Of a stretch of DNA of 64,000 nt, positions 18,764 to 33,400 are shown in pieces. Made by a program: the position numbers and the translations under genes. Below the pieces are notes generated by a model, which saw only the letters and a program-made list of their open reading frames with translations, was not told the origin of the DNA and did no database searches. Source of the DNA: the human T2T-CHM13v2.0 reference genome, Homo sapiens; assembly GCF_009914755.1 (NCBI RefSeq), contig NC_060925.1; one strand, given 5' to 3'. Each line of letters starts with the position of its first letter. Position 1 is the stretch's first letter.

Positions 18764-19365
18764 TGTAACTGAGTACCCCATTTTCCAAGAGATAGTTTAT
18801 TTTTTTCTCTCTTTTTCTCTTTTCTGCTTTTCCCCTATAACTGCATTTAGAAATGCAGTTATAGCCTTTTACCTCCTCTTCACCAGACACTCCCTACAGG
18901 GCAAGTTCATCTAACTGTGTGTTTAGAAGTCCCAGAGCAGAACTCTCACCCAAGCAGGAGGTTACCTGAAGAGACAACCTACAAGTCCATCTACAAGCCA
19001 ATGTATGCCTGCTATGAGACTCTCTCACCTGGAGAGTTTTTGGCTGCTTTGGCAACCTAGTCCTGCCCATGAAGGTGCCAGTAGTCACCAGCTCGGCCAC
19101 CCAGTAGACAAGGCACCAAAGCGAGTATGCAGGCACCCCAGCTGCCTGCTTCTTCCCCTGCATGCCATTCATGTCAGCATGCCAGGTCCCCTTTTAAAAG
19201 CACCTGTTTTCTGCTCCAAGAGTGAAGTGGTACCCTAAAAGCCGGAGGCTATACCTTCTTCCCCTAAGCTAGCTTTGGAATAAAAAGTCGCTTTCTTTAT
19301 ACCAGACCTTGCTTTTGTTAATTGGACTCTGTAAGCAGCAAGCAACTGAACCTGTTTTGGTTACA
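18764..19365 (+). mobile_element. Solo LTR (ERV1-like, family uncertain) nested in the ERVL
   Basis: TGTAAC...GTTACA terminal inverted repeats, TTTTAAAA TATA-like box and AATAAA near the 3' end, about 600 bp. Confidence 0.7.
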
Positions 19366-20316
19366 GTGGGATGGCTCTGGGAAGCTTGGAGAAAGTCATG
19401 GCCCACATTAAGTGAAGTAGGCGTGTGAGGAGTGCTGTGGCATATAGTGGAAGAGGTGTTAAATGGCTCAAAAGAGTGGGCCTGCTAGGCCGGGTGTGGT
19501 GGCTCATGCCTGTAATCCCAGCACTTTGGGAGGCTGAGGTAGGAGGACTGCTTGAGCCCAGGAGTTCAAGCACAGCCTGGGCAACATAATAAGACCCCAT
19601 CTCTATTTAAAAAAGAAAGAGTGGGTATGCTAGAATTAATATGTAAAGTCAGAAAACTCACCAAATGCTTATGTTTCATCAGACATCCCAAAGAATATTC
19701 ACTTTCTTTAAAAGGCTCAAAAGAGTGGGCATGCGAGGCTGGGCGTGGAAAGAATACTCAATTTCTTGAAGTGATGAAGAATGTGCTGGTAAGAGAAGCT
19801 CAGGGTTGGCTGTTCTCTGTAGGCCAGGGCTGACATAGGGTATACGGTCACAGAGCTGGGCTTACTAGTAGCAGAGGGACAATAGGATGCCAGAGTCAAA
19901 GTAGCAGAATTATTGTGCTGAGCAGAAAGGTTGGAGAGGTAGCCAGGGTCTGACCAGCAGAGAAATTTGGCGATCATTAATAGAGCATGGGTTCCTGGGG
20001 ACAAGATAGATGGCACTCAACAAATACGTTGTTCAATGCATTAAAAAACAAACAACAACAACAACAAAAAGAAATTAAGGATGGATGATTAGGAGGTGGA
20101 GGGCAGCCACCCTGATAAAAAGTTACAATTCCTTACTGTTTCTGCACCCGCTCAGCTTAAAAAAAAATTCATCTTTATTGAGGTACAATTTACCTACATT
20201 AAAATTCACCCATTTTAAATATATACTTTAATGAGTTTTACAGATATGTACAGTTGTTCAGCCATTAACACAAAGATATGCAACATTTCCATCATGCCCC
20301 CAAATTTCCTTGTGGA

Positions 20317-20524
20317 CAGTGGTGCGCTGGATCCCACTTATGCCACCTTGGGAGATTCAGCTGTTAACTAGCCTTTCTTCTCTACTAAATGTTCGGTCAT
20401 GTCACATCGGTAATTTGAAATTGGCAATGGAGGGGTATTTACACCATGGAAATCAGCAAATGCTACAAACCAGGCTCCCTCTCCACCAAGAGCCAGTTGT
20501 TAAACATTTCCCAGGACACCGCTG
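20317..20524. mobile_element. MER63-like hAT-Blackjack DNA transposon
   Basis: Terminal inverted repeats CAGTGGTG...CACCGCTG; internal agagccagttgttaaacattt. Confidence 0.65.
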
Positions 20525-21452
20525 CTCATTACCCTCTGCAGTCAATTCCCATCCTCAGCTCTGGCCCCTAGCAACCACTGATAAATTGCCACTATAGTCT
20601 TGCTTTTTAAAGAATTTCACATAAATGGAATCATATAGCATGTAGTCTTTTGTGTTCAACTTCTTTCATTATACTTTTAGGTTTATCACTGTTGTACATA
20701 TCATTTGTTCCTCTCTCTTGTTGGGTAGTATTCCACTGTTTTTGCAGCAGTTGATGGATGTTTGGATTGTTTTCATTTGGGGACTATCATGAATAAAACT
20801 CCAATGAACTTTCACATATCATTAGTAACTTTTCATTTCTCTTTGGTAAATATCTGGGAATAGGATTGCTGTGTTAAATGGTAAGTGCATGTTTTAACTT
20901 TGTAAGGAACTGCCAAACTCTTTTTCAAAGTTCCTACCTCATTCTGCATTCCTACCAGCAATGTATGACCAGTTTATCTGCATTTTTAGCAGGATTTGGT
21001 GCTGTTGCTATTTTTTATTTCAGCCATTCTGATAGGTGTGTAGTAACACATTGTAGTTTTAATTTACATTTCTCTGATAGCTAATCATGTTGAACATCTT
21101 TTCATATGCTTGAATATTCTTTTGGGTGAAATGTATATTCATGTTTTTTGCCCATTTTCTAAGTGGATTGTTTGTGGGGTTTTTTGTTTGTTTGTTTTGT
21201 TTTTTTGATAGGGGTTCACTCTGTTGCACAGGCTGGAGTACAGTGGCACGATCATAGCTCACTATAACGTGGAACTCCTGGGCTCAAGTGATCCTCTTGT
21301 CTCAGTCTCCTATGTAGCTGGGTCTACAGGTGTGCACGGCCACACCTGGCTAATTTTTAAATGTTTGGTAGAGATGGGGTCTCCTTATGTTATCCAGGCT
21401 GTTCTCCAACTCCTGGCTTCAAGTGATCCTCCTACCTTGGCCTCCCAAAGTG

Positions 21453-21594
21453 CTGGAATTACAGGCAGTTTTTTTGTTTTGTTTTGTTTTTACTGTTGAG
21501 TTTGAGGGTTTTTTTTTTTTTTTACTGGAATTACAGGCAGTTTTTTTGTTTTGTTTTGTTTTTACTGTTGAGTTTGAGGTTTTTTTTTTTTTTA
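21453..21594. repeat. 72-bp-period tandem duplication (2 copies)
   Basis: ctggaattacaggcagtttttttgttttgttttgtttttactgttgagtttgagg at 21453 and 21525. Confidence 0.9.
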
Positions 21595-24190
21595 ATATAC
21601 TGAAGATACTGGTCCTTTGTTAGATATGTAATTTGCAAATATTTTCTCCCAGTACCTTGTCTTTTCACCCTCTTCACATGGGCTTTCCAAGGGCAAAAGT
21701 TTTTAATTTTGAGAGGTCCAAAATCTCAATTTTTTTTTCATGGATTGTGCTTTTGGTATCATGTCTAAGAACTCTTTGTCTAATCCTAGAATTTGAAAGT
21801 GTTCTTCTGTTTTAAAAATAAGTTTTATAGTTTTACAAGTTACATTTAAGTCTTTTGCCATTTTGAGCTAATTTTTATAGAAGGTATTAGACTTAGATCG
21901 AGTTTCATTTTTTGCCTATGGCTGTCCAGTTGCTCCAACATCATTTGTTGAAAAGGCTAGCTTTCCTCCAGCGAATTGATTTTTTTAAATTGAATTGAGG
22001 TAGTACCTTTTCATTGAATTGAGGTAGTACCTTTGTACTACCTCAGCACTATGTTGAATATAAAAACATTCAGACTTTCACCATTAAGTGTAATGTTAAC
22101 TGTAAGCTTTTTACAGGTACTCTGTCAAGTTAAGGAAGTTTCTCTGTATTCTTATTTTTCTGAGAGTTGTTTTTTTCTTTAAATCACAAATGAGTGTTAT
22201 TTTGTCAAATGAGTCTTCTGCATTACTTGATTTTATTTTGTGATTTTCTTCTTTAGAGTTTTAATAGGATGGATTACATTGATTGATTTTTTAATATTGA
22301 ACCAGCCTTGCATCTTTGGAATGAGATGGGTATGGTGTGTAATGCTTTTTATACATTACTGAGATCTATTTACTGATACTTTGTTAATGCTTTTTGCATC
22401 TATACTCATGAGAGATATTGGTTTGTACTTATTTTATACTGTTTTGTCTTTTTCCCCCTCAGGGTAATACTGGCTTCATAAAATGAAGTAGGAAGTGTTC
22501 TTTCCTCCTCTATTTCTATTACGTAGAATTGGTGTTAATTCTTCTTTAGACATTTGGTAGAATTCTCTAGTGAAACTATCTGGGCCTGGAGATTTCCTTT
22601 CCTAGGGAGTGGGAGAAGTTTTACATTATGAATTTAATTTCCTTAATAGTTACAGAGCTATTTAAATTATATATTTTATATTGTGTTCATTGTGGTATTT
22701 GTGTTTTTTGATTTGGTCCATTTTGTCTAAGCTGTCAATTTACGTGTATAGATCCATGGTATTCCCTTATCCTTTTGATGTTTGTAGTGATATGTTGTTT
22801 CATTCCTGATATTGGTAATTTGTATCTTTTTGTTTTTCATCAGTTTTGCTAGTGGCCTGCCAATTTTAATAATTTTTTTCCAAAGAAACAGTTACTTGTT
22901 TTATTGATTTTGTTCATTGATTTTTAAAAAATAAATCTCATTGATTTCCTGTTCTTTTTGGTATCTTCATTATTCCTTGCTCATGCTTGGTTTGGGTTTA
23001 GTTTGCTCTTCTTTTTCTAAGTTCTTGAGGTGAGAATTTAGATTATTGATGTTGGAGTTTTTTATTTTCCTAATGTATACATTTAATGCCATATTTTTCC
23101 CTCAGCACTGCTTTAGCTGTGTGACAGAAATTTTGATAGGTTGTGTTTTCATTTTTATTCAGTTCAATGTATTTCAAAACTCTTTTTTTTTTTTTTTCTT
23201 AAATCATCCAGTAGAATTCCTGGGTTTATGCAATCCTCTTGCCTCAGCCACCTGAGAAGCTGAGACTTCAGGCTTGTGCCTTTGCACTCAGGGCATTCAA
23301 GGTATTTTTTAAAAATTTCCTTGAAACTCCCTCTTTGACCCATGGGTTTTTACAAAGTGTGTTGTTTGACTTATAAGTATTTGAAAATTTTCCTCCTATC
23401 TTCTTTATTTTTGAGACGGAGTTTTACTCACTCTTGTCACCTAGGCTGGAGTGCAATGGTGTGATCTTGCCTCACTGCAACCTCCGCCTCCTGGGTTCAA
23501 GCAATTCCTGCTTCAGCCTCCCGAGTAGCTGGGATTACAGGTGCCCACCACCACACCTGGCTAATTTTTGTATTTTATTAGAGATGGGGTTTCACCATGT
23601 TGGCCAGGCTGGCTTGAACTTCTGGCCTCAGGTGATCTGCCCGCCTTGGCCTCCTGAAGTCCTGGGATTACAGGCGTGAGCCACTGCTCCTGGCCCCTCC
23701 TATCTTTCTATTATTAATTTGATTCCATAGTTGTCAGAGAACATATTGTATAGTGTAATCCTTTTTAATTTGTTGAGATTTGTTACATGGTCTAGGATAT
23801 GGTCCACCTTGGTATATGATCTGTGAGAGCATTAAATAATGTGTACTCTGCTGTTGTTGGGTGTAGTGTTCTATATAATGTCAATTAGGTCTTGTTGGTT
23901 TGATGATATTGTTGAGTTCTTCCATATACCTGCTGATTTTCTGTCTAGTTGTTCTATCCATTTTTGATAGAGGGGTGTTGATGTCTCCAAATATAATTGT
24001 GGATTTGTCTGTGTCTGTTTTGAGTTCCATTAGTTTTTGCCTCACACATTTTTCAGCTCCTTTGTTTGGTGCATATGCATTCAGGATCGTTATGTCTTAC
24101 TGATGGATTGACCCTTTTTATCATTATATGATGATCCTTTTTGTCTCTGATAATTTTCTTTGCTTTGAAGTTTACTTTACCTGTTATTAG

Positions 24191-24340
<150 letters not shown>

Positions 24341-24383
24341 TGAGTAGCTGGGATTACAGTCGCCCACCACCATGTCTAGCTAA

Positions 24384-24617
<234 letters not shown>

Positions 24618-24970
24618 TGATTCTCCTGCCTCAGCCTCCTGAGTAGCTTGGGTTACAGGTGCCTGCCACCAAGCCCAGCTAATTTGGTTAATGTCTGCAT
24701 GATATAACTTTCCCCATCCTTTTACTTTCAGCCTGCCCATATCATTATATTTAAAGTAAGTTTCCTGTAGATAGTACATAGTTTGGGTCATGCTTTTTAA
24801 TTCATTCTACTAATCTTTATGTGGTTATTGGTATGTTAGGGCTTAAGTCTGCCATTTTTTGTTTTGTTTTTTTTTTTCCCAATTTTTGTTTCTTTGTTTT
24901 CTTTTGCCTACCTCCTAAAGATTACTTGAACATTTTTTAGAATTCTATTTTGATTTATCTATGGCATTTA

Positions 24971-25076
24971 AAAAATATATGGAGTGCTTCACAAATTTGC
25001 ATGTTATCCTTACACAAAGGCCATGCTAATCTCTGTATCATTCCAATTTTAATGTATGTATTGCTGAAGTGAGCAC
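24971..25076 (-). pseudogene. U6 snRNA retropseudogene
   Basis: Reverse complement GTGCTCACTTCAGCAATACATACATTAAAATTGGAATGATACAGAGATTAGCATGGCC...GCACTCCATATATTTTT is a full-length diverged U6. It sits inside an L1 and I see no PSE/TATA promoter. Confidence 0.92.
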
Positions 25077-27254
25077 TTTCTACAGTGTTTTTGAGTATAT
25101 TCGTATAGCTTTCTTATTGGTTGTTCCAGGTATTATATTATATATACACATAACTTATTATAGCCTATGCTGTCATTATTTTACCAGTATGAGTGAAGTA
25201 TGGAAACCCTCTCTTTGTCCCTTTTCCCTCTCTAATTTATAATTTCTAAAAACATTCCCTCTACATACCTTTAGAATAAAATCAGAAAGTGTTGTTATTT
25301 TTGCTTCAACTGTCAAACATAGTTTAGAAAATTCAATAGAAGAAATGTCTATTGATTTTCCGATATTTTTTGCTAACTGTGTCTTTTCTTCCTAATGTTC
25401 CAAGATTTCTTTTTTCATTGTTTCCTTTCCATTTAGAGAATCTCTTTTAGCCACTTTTAGAGTAGGTCTACTGGTGACAAACTCTTTTTGCTTTCCTAAG
25501 AAAACTTCTGATAATGTCTTAGTTTCCTCTTCATTCCTGGAGGATTTTTCTTTCTGTGTATAGAATTCTATTTCTTTCTGGGTATAGAATTCTGAGTTGA
25601 CTGCTATTTTCCTTCAGCCCTTGAAAAATATTGTACCAATTCCTTCTGGCCTCCATGATTTCTGATGAGAAATCCATTGTCACTGAATTGTTTGTTTCCT
25701 TATAGTGACATTTTCAAGAGTTTTTTTTCTTTGTCTGATTTCAGAAGTTTAATTTTAACGTGTCTTGGCACAGATTATTTGGGTTTATCTTGGTTGAGGT
25801 TTCCTCAGCATTTTTTCTTTTTTTTTCTTTTTTGAGACAGAGACTCACTCTGTTGCCCAGGCTGGAGTGCAGTGGTGTGATTACAGCTCACTGCAGCCTT
25901 GACCTCCTGGGCTTGAGTGATCCTCTCACAGCTGGGACCACAGGTGCATGCCAACATACCTGGCTAATATTTTGTGTGTGTGGTTTTTTTTTTTTGTTTT
26001 TGTTTTTGTTTTTTTGGTTTGGTTTTTTTTAGAGATGGGGTTTTACCATATTTCCCGGTCTGGTCTTGAACTCCTGGCCTCAAGCAGTCTGCCTTCCTCT
26101 GTCTCCCAAAGTGCTGAGATTACAGGCGTGAACCACTGTACCCGGCCTTCCTCATCTTTTTGAATCACTATGTTTATGAATCACTATGTTTTGCCTCTTG
26201 ACAAACTTGGGAAGTTCTCAGTCATTATTTCTTGGTGTACTTTTTCAGCCCTGCCTTCTTTTTTTCTTCTTCTGGGACTCCAGTGACAGGAATGTTAGAT
26301 CTCTTGTTACCATCTCTCAGGTCCCTGGGGCTCTATTCATTTTCTCACTCTATTTTCTCCGTTGTTCAGACTGAGTAGTTTCTATTGTTCTACCTTATGG
26401 TATGCTGATTCTTCCCTTTCTTCTCTTTATTCTGGCATTGAGCCTATCCACTGAGCTTTTCTATTTGTTTATTGTATTTTATAGTTTTAAAATTTCTATT
26501 TGGTTCTTCCTTATACTTTCTATTTCTTTGCTGAAGTTGTATAGTTTTTCACTTTTTTCAAGTGTGTTCATAACTGCTTCTTGAAGCATTTCTATCATAG
26601 CTGCTTTAAAATCTTTGTCAGATATTCTAATATAGCTGCCATCTCAGTGTTGACCTCTATTGTCTTTTTTCATTCAGTTTGAGATCTGGACATTTTTGTA
26701 TTATGTTATAAGACTTTGGATCTTAATTTAAAACTTTTGTTTTAACTAACTTTGTCTGTCACTGCATTGGCATGAGAGGGGGTGTCATTTCATTGCTGCC
26801 AGGTGAAGGTAGAAGTTCAGATTTCCCACTGTACCTCTGTTGACACTCAAGCGGGACAGGTCTCCTCCTTACTGCTGGATAGGGCTGCTTGTTCCAGCCC
26901 CACATGGTGTCTACTGATACTGTGGTAGAGGTGGCCTCATTACCTCTGGGTGATGGTTAAAGTCCTGACTCTCTACTAGGCCTCCTCTGATACCAACTGA
27001 GCAGAAAAGCAGAGGGGTACCTCATTTCTGCCAGATGGATATCCAGGTTCCCCACTGACACCACGGTCTTTATTGCCATCATGCACACAGAGAGGAGGGC
27101 TCATTACTGGCTGGCTGGGACAAAAGTCCCAGTTCCCTACTTGGCCTTGTGTGACACCACTCTAGTAAGGGTATTGGGGTGGCCTGTTACAATCTTGAGA
27201 GAGTGGAAGTCTAGGTTTCCCACTTAGTTTTGGCATGGGTTGGGGTAGGGCCAC

Positions 27255-27690
27255 GGTAATAGAGTTCTCCAGAGAAATAGAACCAATGGAATATATGTAT
27301 AAATTGGCTCATGTGATTATGGAGGCTGAGAAACCCAATGATCTGCCATCTGCAAACTAGAGCCCCAGGAAAGTCCGTGGTGTAATGCCAGTCTGAGTCT
27401 GAAAGCCTGAGAACCAAGGGAGCCAGTGGTATAAATTCCAGTCCAAGAGCAAGAGAAGATTGATGTCCCAGCTCAAGTAGGCAGGTAGGAAGCAAAACAG
27501 GGACATTTGTCCTCCCTTTGCCTTTCTGTTCTATTCAGGCCCTCAACAGATTGGATGATGTCCACTCACACCGGGGAGAGTAATCTGCTTTACTGAGTCC
27601 ATGGATTCAAAAGCTAATCTCATCCAGAAACACCTCACAGACCACCCAGAATAAAGTTTAATCTAGGCACCCTGTAGCATGGCTAAAAGT
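27255..27690. mobile_element. MLT2-family LTR
   Basis: gttctccagagaaatagaaccaat...ctcatgtgattatggaggctgagaa...gctaatctcatccagaaacacc. Confidence 0.7.
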
Positions 27691-28450
27691 TCCTGTCTTG
27701 CAGACTGCCCCTTGCCTTTGGCTAGCAGAAACAGGCTTTTGTTGGAGCTTTTCTTTTTCTTTTTGGTCTGTGCCCATTGACATTTCCTGGTTGCTGGTTT
27801 CTTCAGCTCCAAGTGTGGAATAAATGAAGCAAAAGGAAAACTCGGAGAACTCACCACTGTGGTGTTTCTTGGGTCTTGAGGTTTCTATCCAGTCTGCTTT
27901 CTTTTCTCCACCTTTCAAAGTCTTCTTACATTTAATAAATAATTTCCAGGGTTTATGGTTGTTCTAGGAGTGGTCAAAGTACATTACCCCAACCTCCCAG
28001 AGGCAGAAGTTCCATCCAGTGTATTTTCCATTTCAGATATTATATTTTTCATCTCAAGAAGTTCCATTTTGGTCTTTTAAAAATACCTTCCATTTCTCTC
28101 CTCATTATATTTTTGTTTTTCTTTACATTATTTAACAAATAGATTAAATATGTTCATTTTAAATTTAATTCAGTATGAAACTGTTAACCTTTACAAAAAG
28201 ACAACTAGGAAAATGGCTAAATATTTATTTCTATAACCCCTAGTTTCACATATTTTTAAGTTCAGAACTAAAATACTATGTCTCCTCTGACGCCTTGGTG
28301 AAGTTAATAGTACAAACTCCTTTTTTTAACTTTTTCTCCTGACTTGGTCTGTTTTTATTTTTTTTAATTGACAAATAAAACTTGCATATATTTATAGGGT
28401 ACAACATGATGTTTTGATATATGCATACATTGTGGAATGGCTAAACCTAG

Positions 28451-28863
<413 letters not shown>

Positions 28864-29298
28864 TGAGTTGTTAGAGTTCCTTATATATTTTGGATATTAA
28901 CCCCTTGTCAGATGTATGGTTTGTAGATATTTTCTCCCACTGGGTAGGTTGTCTCTTTACTCTGTTGATTTTTTGCTTTGCTGTGCAGAGGCTTTTTATT
29001 TTGATGCAATTCTGTTTGTCTACTTTTGATTTTGTTGCCTGTGCTTTTGGGCTCATATCTAAAAAACCATTTTTCAGACCAATGTCATGGAGCTTTCCCC
29101 CTGTGTTTTCTTCTGGTAGTTTTACTGTTTCCGGTCTTACATATACGTCTTTTCCCCATTTTGAGTTGATATTTATATATGGTATGAAATAAGGGTCTAC
29201 TTTCATTTCCTTTATTTAATTCTTAAGAACATGCAGGCCAGGTGCGGTGGCTCACACCTGTAATCCCAGCACTTTGGGAGGCTGAGGTGGGAGGATCA

Positions 29299-29649
<351 letters not shown>

Positions 29650-30338
29650 TTAAAGAGATGGGGTCTTACTGTGTTGCCCAGGCTAAAGTGCAGTGGCTCT
29701 TCTTGGGTGTGATCATACTGTATTACAGCCTCAATCTCCTGGCCTCAAGTGATCCTCCTGCCTCAGCCTCCTGAGTAGCTGGGACTACAGGTACATGCCA
29801 CCACATCCAGTACAATAATATTAAATTGAATGTCAAACCTTGGGAATTTTATTTTGTTCAGTGATAGGTTTTGTTGCATTTCTCTAATGAGTGTTGGACT
29901 TGGTTCTGGCATGCTTGGTATCAGTTCGATCATCAGTGCTTGTTTTCAAGCTTTGCATGGTGGCTCCAGAGTAGCCTTTATTCTAGTGTCCACTACTGAG
30001 TCCTTTTAAAGTCTCTATATAATGCCCCATGTATTATAGGATCTATTCATATAGGCTGTGAGGAACACAAACAAAATATTCCCAATCCTGTGTAAGTTCT
30101 GAGAATTGTTTGGCCTTTCATTTTCTGTTGTTGTTGTTGTTGATTTTAACCCCCTGCCTTGTGGAATTTTGCCTCATTAATGTACATATCAGTATTCAGC
30201 CAAAGTTTTAAGGTCTGGGACCTCTTGGCAGATCTCCAAAGCGCTCTGTGTCATTCCCTCGTCTCCAGTGTTTTCCCTTTTTTCCTTTCCTTTCCTTTTT
30301 CTTTTTCTTTTTCTTTTCTTTTTTTTTTTTTTTTTTGA

Positions 30339-30497
<159 letters not shown>

Positions 30498-33400
30498 TAG
30501 TAGAGATGGGGTTTCTCCATGTTGGTCAGGCCAGTCTCGAACTCTCTTCCTCAGGTGATCTGCCTGCCTTGGCCTCCCAAAGTGCTGGGATTACAGACGT
30601 GAGCCACAATGCCCAGCCTTCCCTCTTAATTTCTAGCCAACACATTCTCCACCAACTCTAATCTCTGTTTTCTCCACTCAATGAGACTGCTGACTCTATT
30701 GCGGCTCCCCTCTCTGCAGTGCAGGAAACTGCCTCTAGGCAGTAAGCTGAGGCAATTCTGCACTACTGGCTTTCCATTGTCTATAAATATTTCTTTCATA
30801 ATTTTATCTGGTTTCATAGTTGTATAGTGGGAAGGCAATTTCTGTAGCTGTACTTCCTTCTTGGGAGAAGTGGAAGTCTTCTTGGGCCAATTTTTCAGCT
30901 GGAAACAACTTGTTAAAGAGGCTACGTCTCTAGCAGAAAGGACCCTGAGACACCATGACAAGTATATAAGGTAGTAATTTTCCCAATCCTAACCCACAGG
31001 GACTTATGACCTTTTATTTTCATAAGACACAGGAGAGAAAGAGGACTATGCAAACATTTAAAGCACTGTTGGATAGAGTCCATTGACATTGACACCCTAG
31101 GATTGGAAGCTCCATTATGGACCTCTGTTAGAGTTGCAGGGTGTGGAGGCTAGGTAATAATTGTATTCCAGCTCCAGCTCTGACTCTCAGTAGGTCTACC
31201 AGGTTTACAGACTCACCTAGTAGTTACTTCATGAGTCCTTAATGGACAGTTGGAATAGACATATTTGACAGTTGGCAGAACCACCAGGTTGGTTTTTTGG
31301 TTTGTGAGGTAGGAAATATCATAGTGAGGAAGGCCAACATGAAGTGTCTGGAACTGCCTCCACCATTCCAGACCAATATAATAAATAAAAATTACTCCAT
31401 TAGTGCCCTGCTTGAAGACCTAAAGAATGCAGAGGTGGTGGTGCCCATCATATTGCCATTTAATTCACTAGTCTGGCAACTGCTAAAACCAGACAGATCT
31501 TGGAGAATGAGTATGGATTACTGCAATCTCAATCAACAAATAATGCTAATTCTATCTGCTGTTCCAAATGTGATATCTTTGCTGGAAAAGATTAACGCAG
31601 CCTACATGGTATGTATTGATCTGGACAATGCACCCTTTTTCATCCTTGTAGAAAGGAAGATCATAAAAGCTTGCTTTCACTGAGATGAGCAATAATATAC
31701 ATTTCCAGTTTTGCCTCTGGACCATGTAAACTCTCCTGCCTCTGTCATAATATAGTCTGAAGGGACCTGGACCATTAGGACATTCCATAGGACATCCCAT
31801 TACTGCACTGATGACATCATGGTAATTGTACAGGATGAACCTGAAATGATACCTGTATCAGAGGCCTTGGTAGGATAAATCTTCTTCAAATAGTAGGGCA
31901 AGAATCCTACAAATATTCAGGATCTTGCCAGATCAGTGAAGTTTTTAAAAGTCCAGTGGTCTGAAGCATACCAGGACATTCCCTCCAAAGATGATAAGGA
32001 GAAATTTTGCATCTCGTATTTCTCACCACTAAAAAGCACAATGCCTTGCAAATGTCTTGGGGTCTATTGCTAGCATATTCCATACTTGGAAATGTTGCTT
32101 TGACACAAATATCATACGTGACACAAAAGCCTGCCAACTTTGAGTGGGTCCCAGAGCAGGTAAAAGCTCTGTAGCAGGCCAAGACTGTGGTACAAATGGC
32201 CCTGCGGCTTGGATCACAAGACACCATATTATATTAGAGGTGTCAGTGGTGAGAAAAGATCATATACTGTTCGTGATAAATCCCAATAGTAAGTCACACA
32301 CAGCCCCCTATAGTGCTGGAGCAATGCCATGCCATCTGAAACAGAGCATTATATACCTTTCAAAAGATAGCTCCTGGAATGCTACCGAGTACTAGTTGAG
32401 ACAATGTGCTTACCTATGGGACGTTAAGTCATGATGTATTATAACCTGGGTTCTGTCAAACCCACAAGTCATAAGGCTGGGTGGGTCGACCGGTCATCCT
32501 TCATAAAATGAAAGTGGCATATGTAGAATTGGGAACAAGCAGGGCTGGAAGGCAAAAGTGAGCTACATAAGCAGGTGCCCAGATGCCCTGTCACCCACTA
32601 TTGATGCACTGGTGGTGCTTTCTCAGTTTACATCTGTAGCCACATGGATCGGAGATCCCTCATGACCTGATGACAGAAGAGGAAAAAGGCTGAGCTTGGT
32701 TAATGTACTGGTTGTCTCATTAGGTGAAAGTAGGCTGGAAATACACTGTGGCTGCACTATGGCCCCACTTAGATGGCCTGTGTACCTGCCAGAAGTAAGA
32801 ATATATATAGACTCATGGGCCTGGAAGGCAAACTGGAAGATTAAAAACAAGGAAGTGTGGGGAAAAGGAACATAACATACCCGAGAATGGGTATACAGTG
32901 TGATGATTTTTGTATTGCAGGTTAATTCCCATCAGATAACATCCACCACAGAAAAGGTACCAACCAAGCAGATGGAATGACTTAGCCAAATAATGTTAAC
33001 CAGGCTTTGTTGCTGGCACCCCAATGCTGGCAAAGTGATCAATGAACGGAGGAGCCATGGTGGAGCAAATGCAAGGGTTCAACGTCATGGACTCATCAAG
33101 TCTGATCTAACTACTGCATCAGTGAATGTCCAGCTTGCCAGCAACAGAGACCAACACTTAGCCTGATGTCACCATTCCTCAAGGAAACCGTCTAGCCACT
33201 TGGTGGTAAGTTGATTACACTGTATCCTTGCTACCTTGGAAGGGGAAGTGTTCTATCTTGAAGGGGCACTGATGTATATTATGGGTACTGGTTTGCCTTT
33301 CCTGCCTGCACAGCCTCGGTCAGCAACACCATCCAAAGGTTTACAAAATTTTGATCCATTGGCCTGAAATCTTGTGTAACATTGCATCAAACCAAGAGAC

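Noticed and set aside
21453-21594. CRISPR-like or other prokaryotic repeat-spacer array
   Set aside because: The DNA is primate; the repeats here have only two copies and no unique spacers
22020-22045. TGAGGTAGTA hairpin resembling a let-7 miRNA
   Set aside because: Only the first 10 nt match let-7, and an 11-bp stem is too short for a pre-miRNA; better explained as a repair scar in L1
24971-25076. Functional U6 gene
   Set aside because: Many substitutions, a deletion right after the ACAGAGA box, no Pol III type-3 promoter visible, and embedded in L1
31297-31683. 128-aa reverse-transcriptase-like ORF as a possible domesticated gene
   Set aside because: Non-ATG start, stop before the catalytic motif, degenerate YxDD, and surrounding frameshifts and stops
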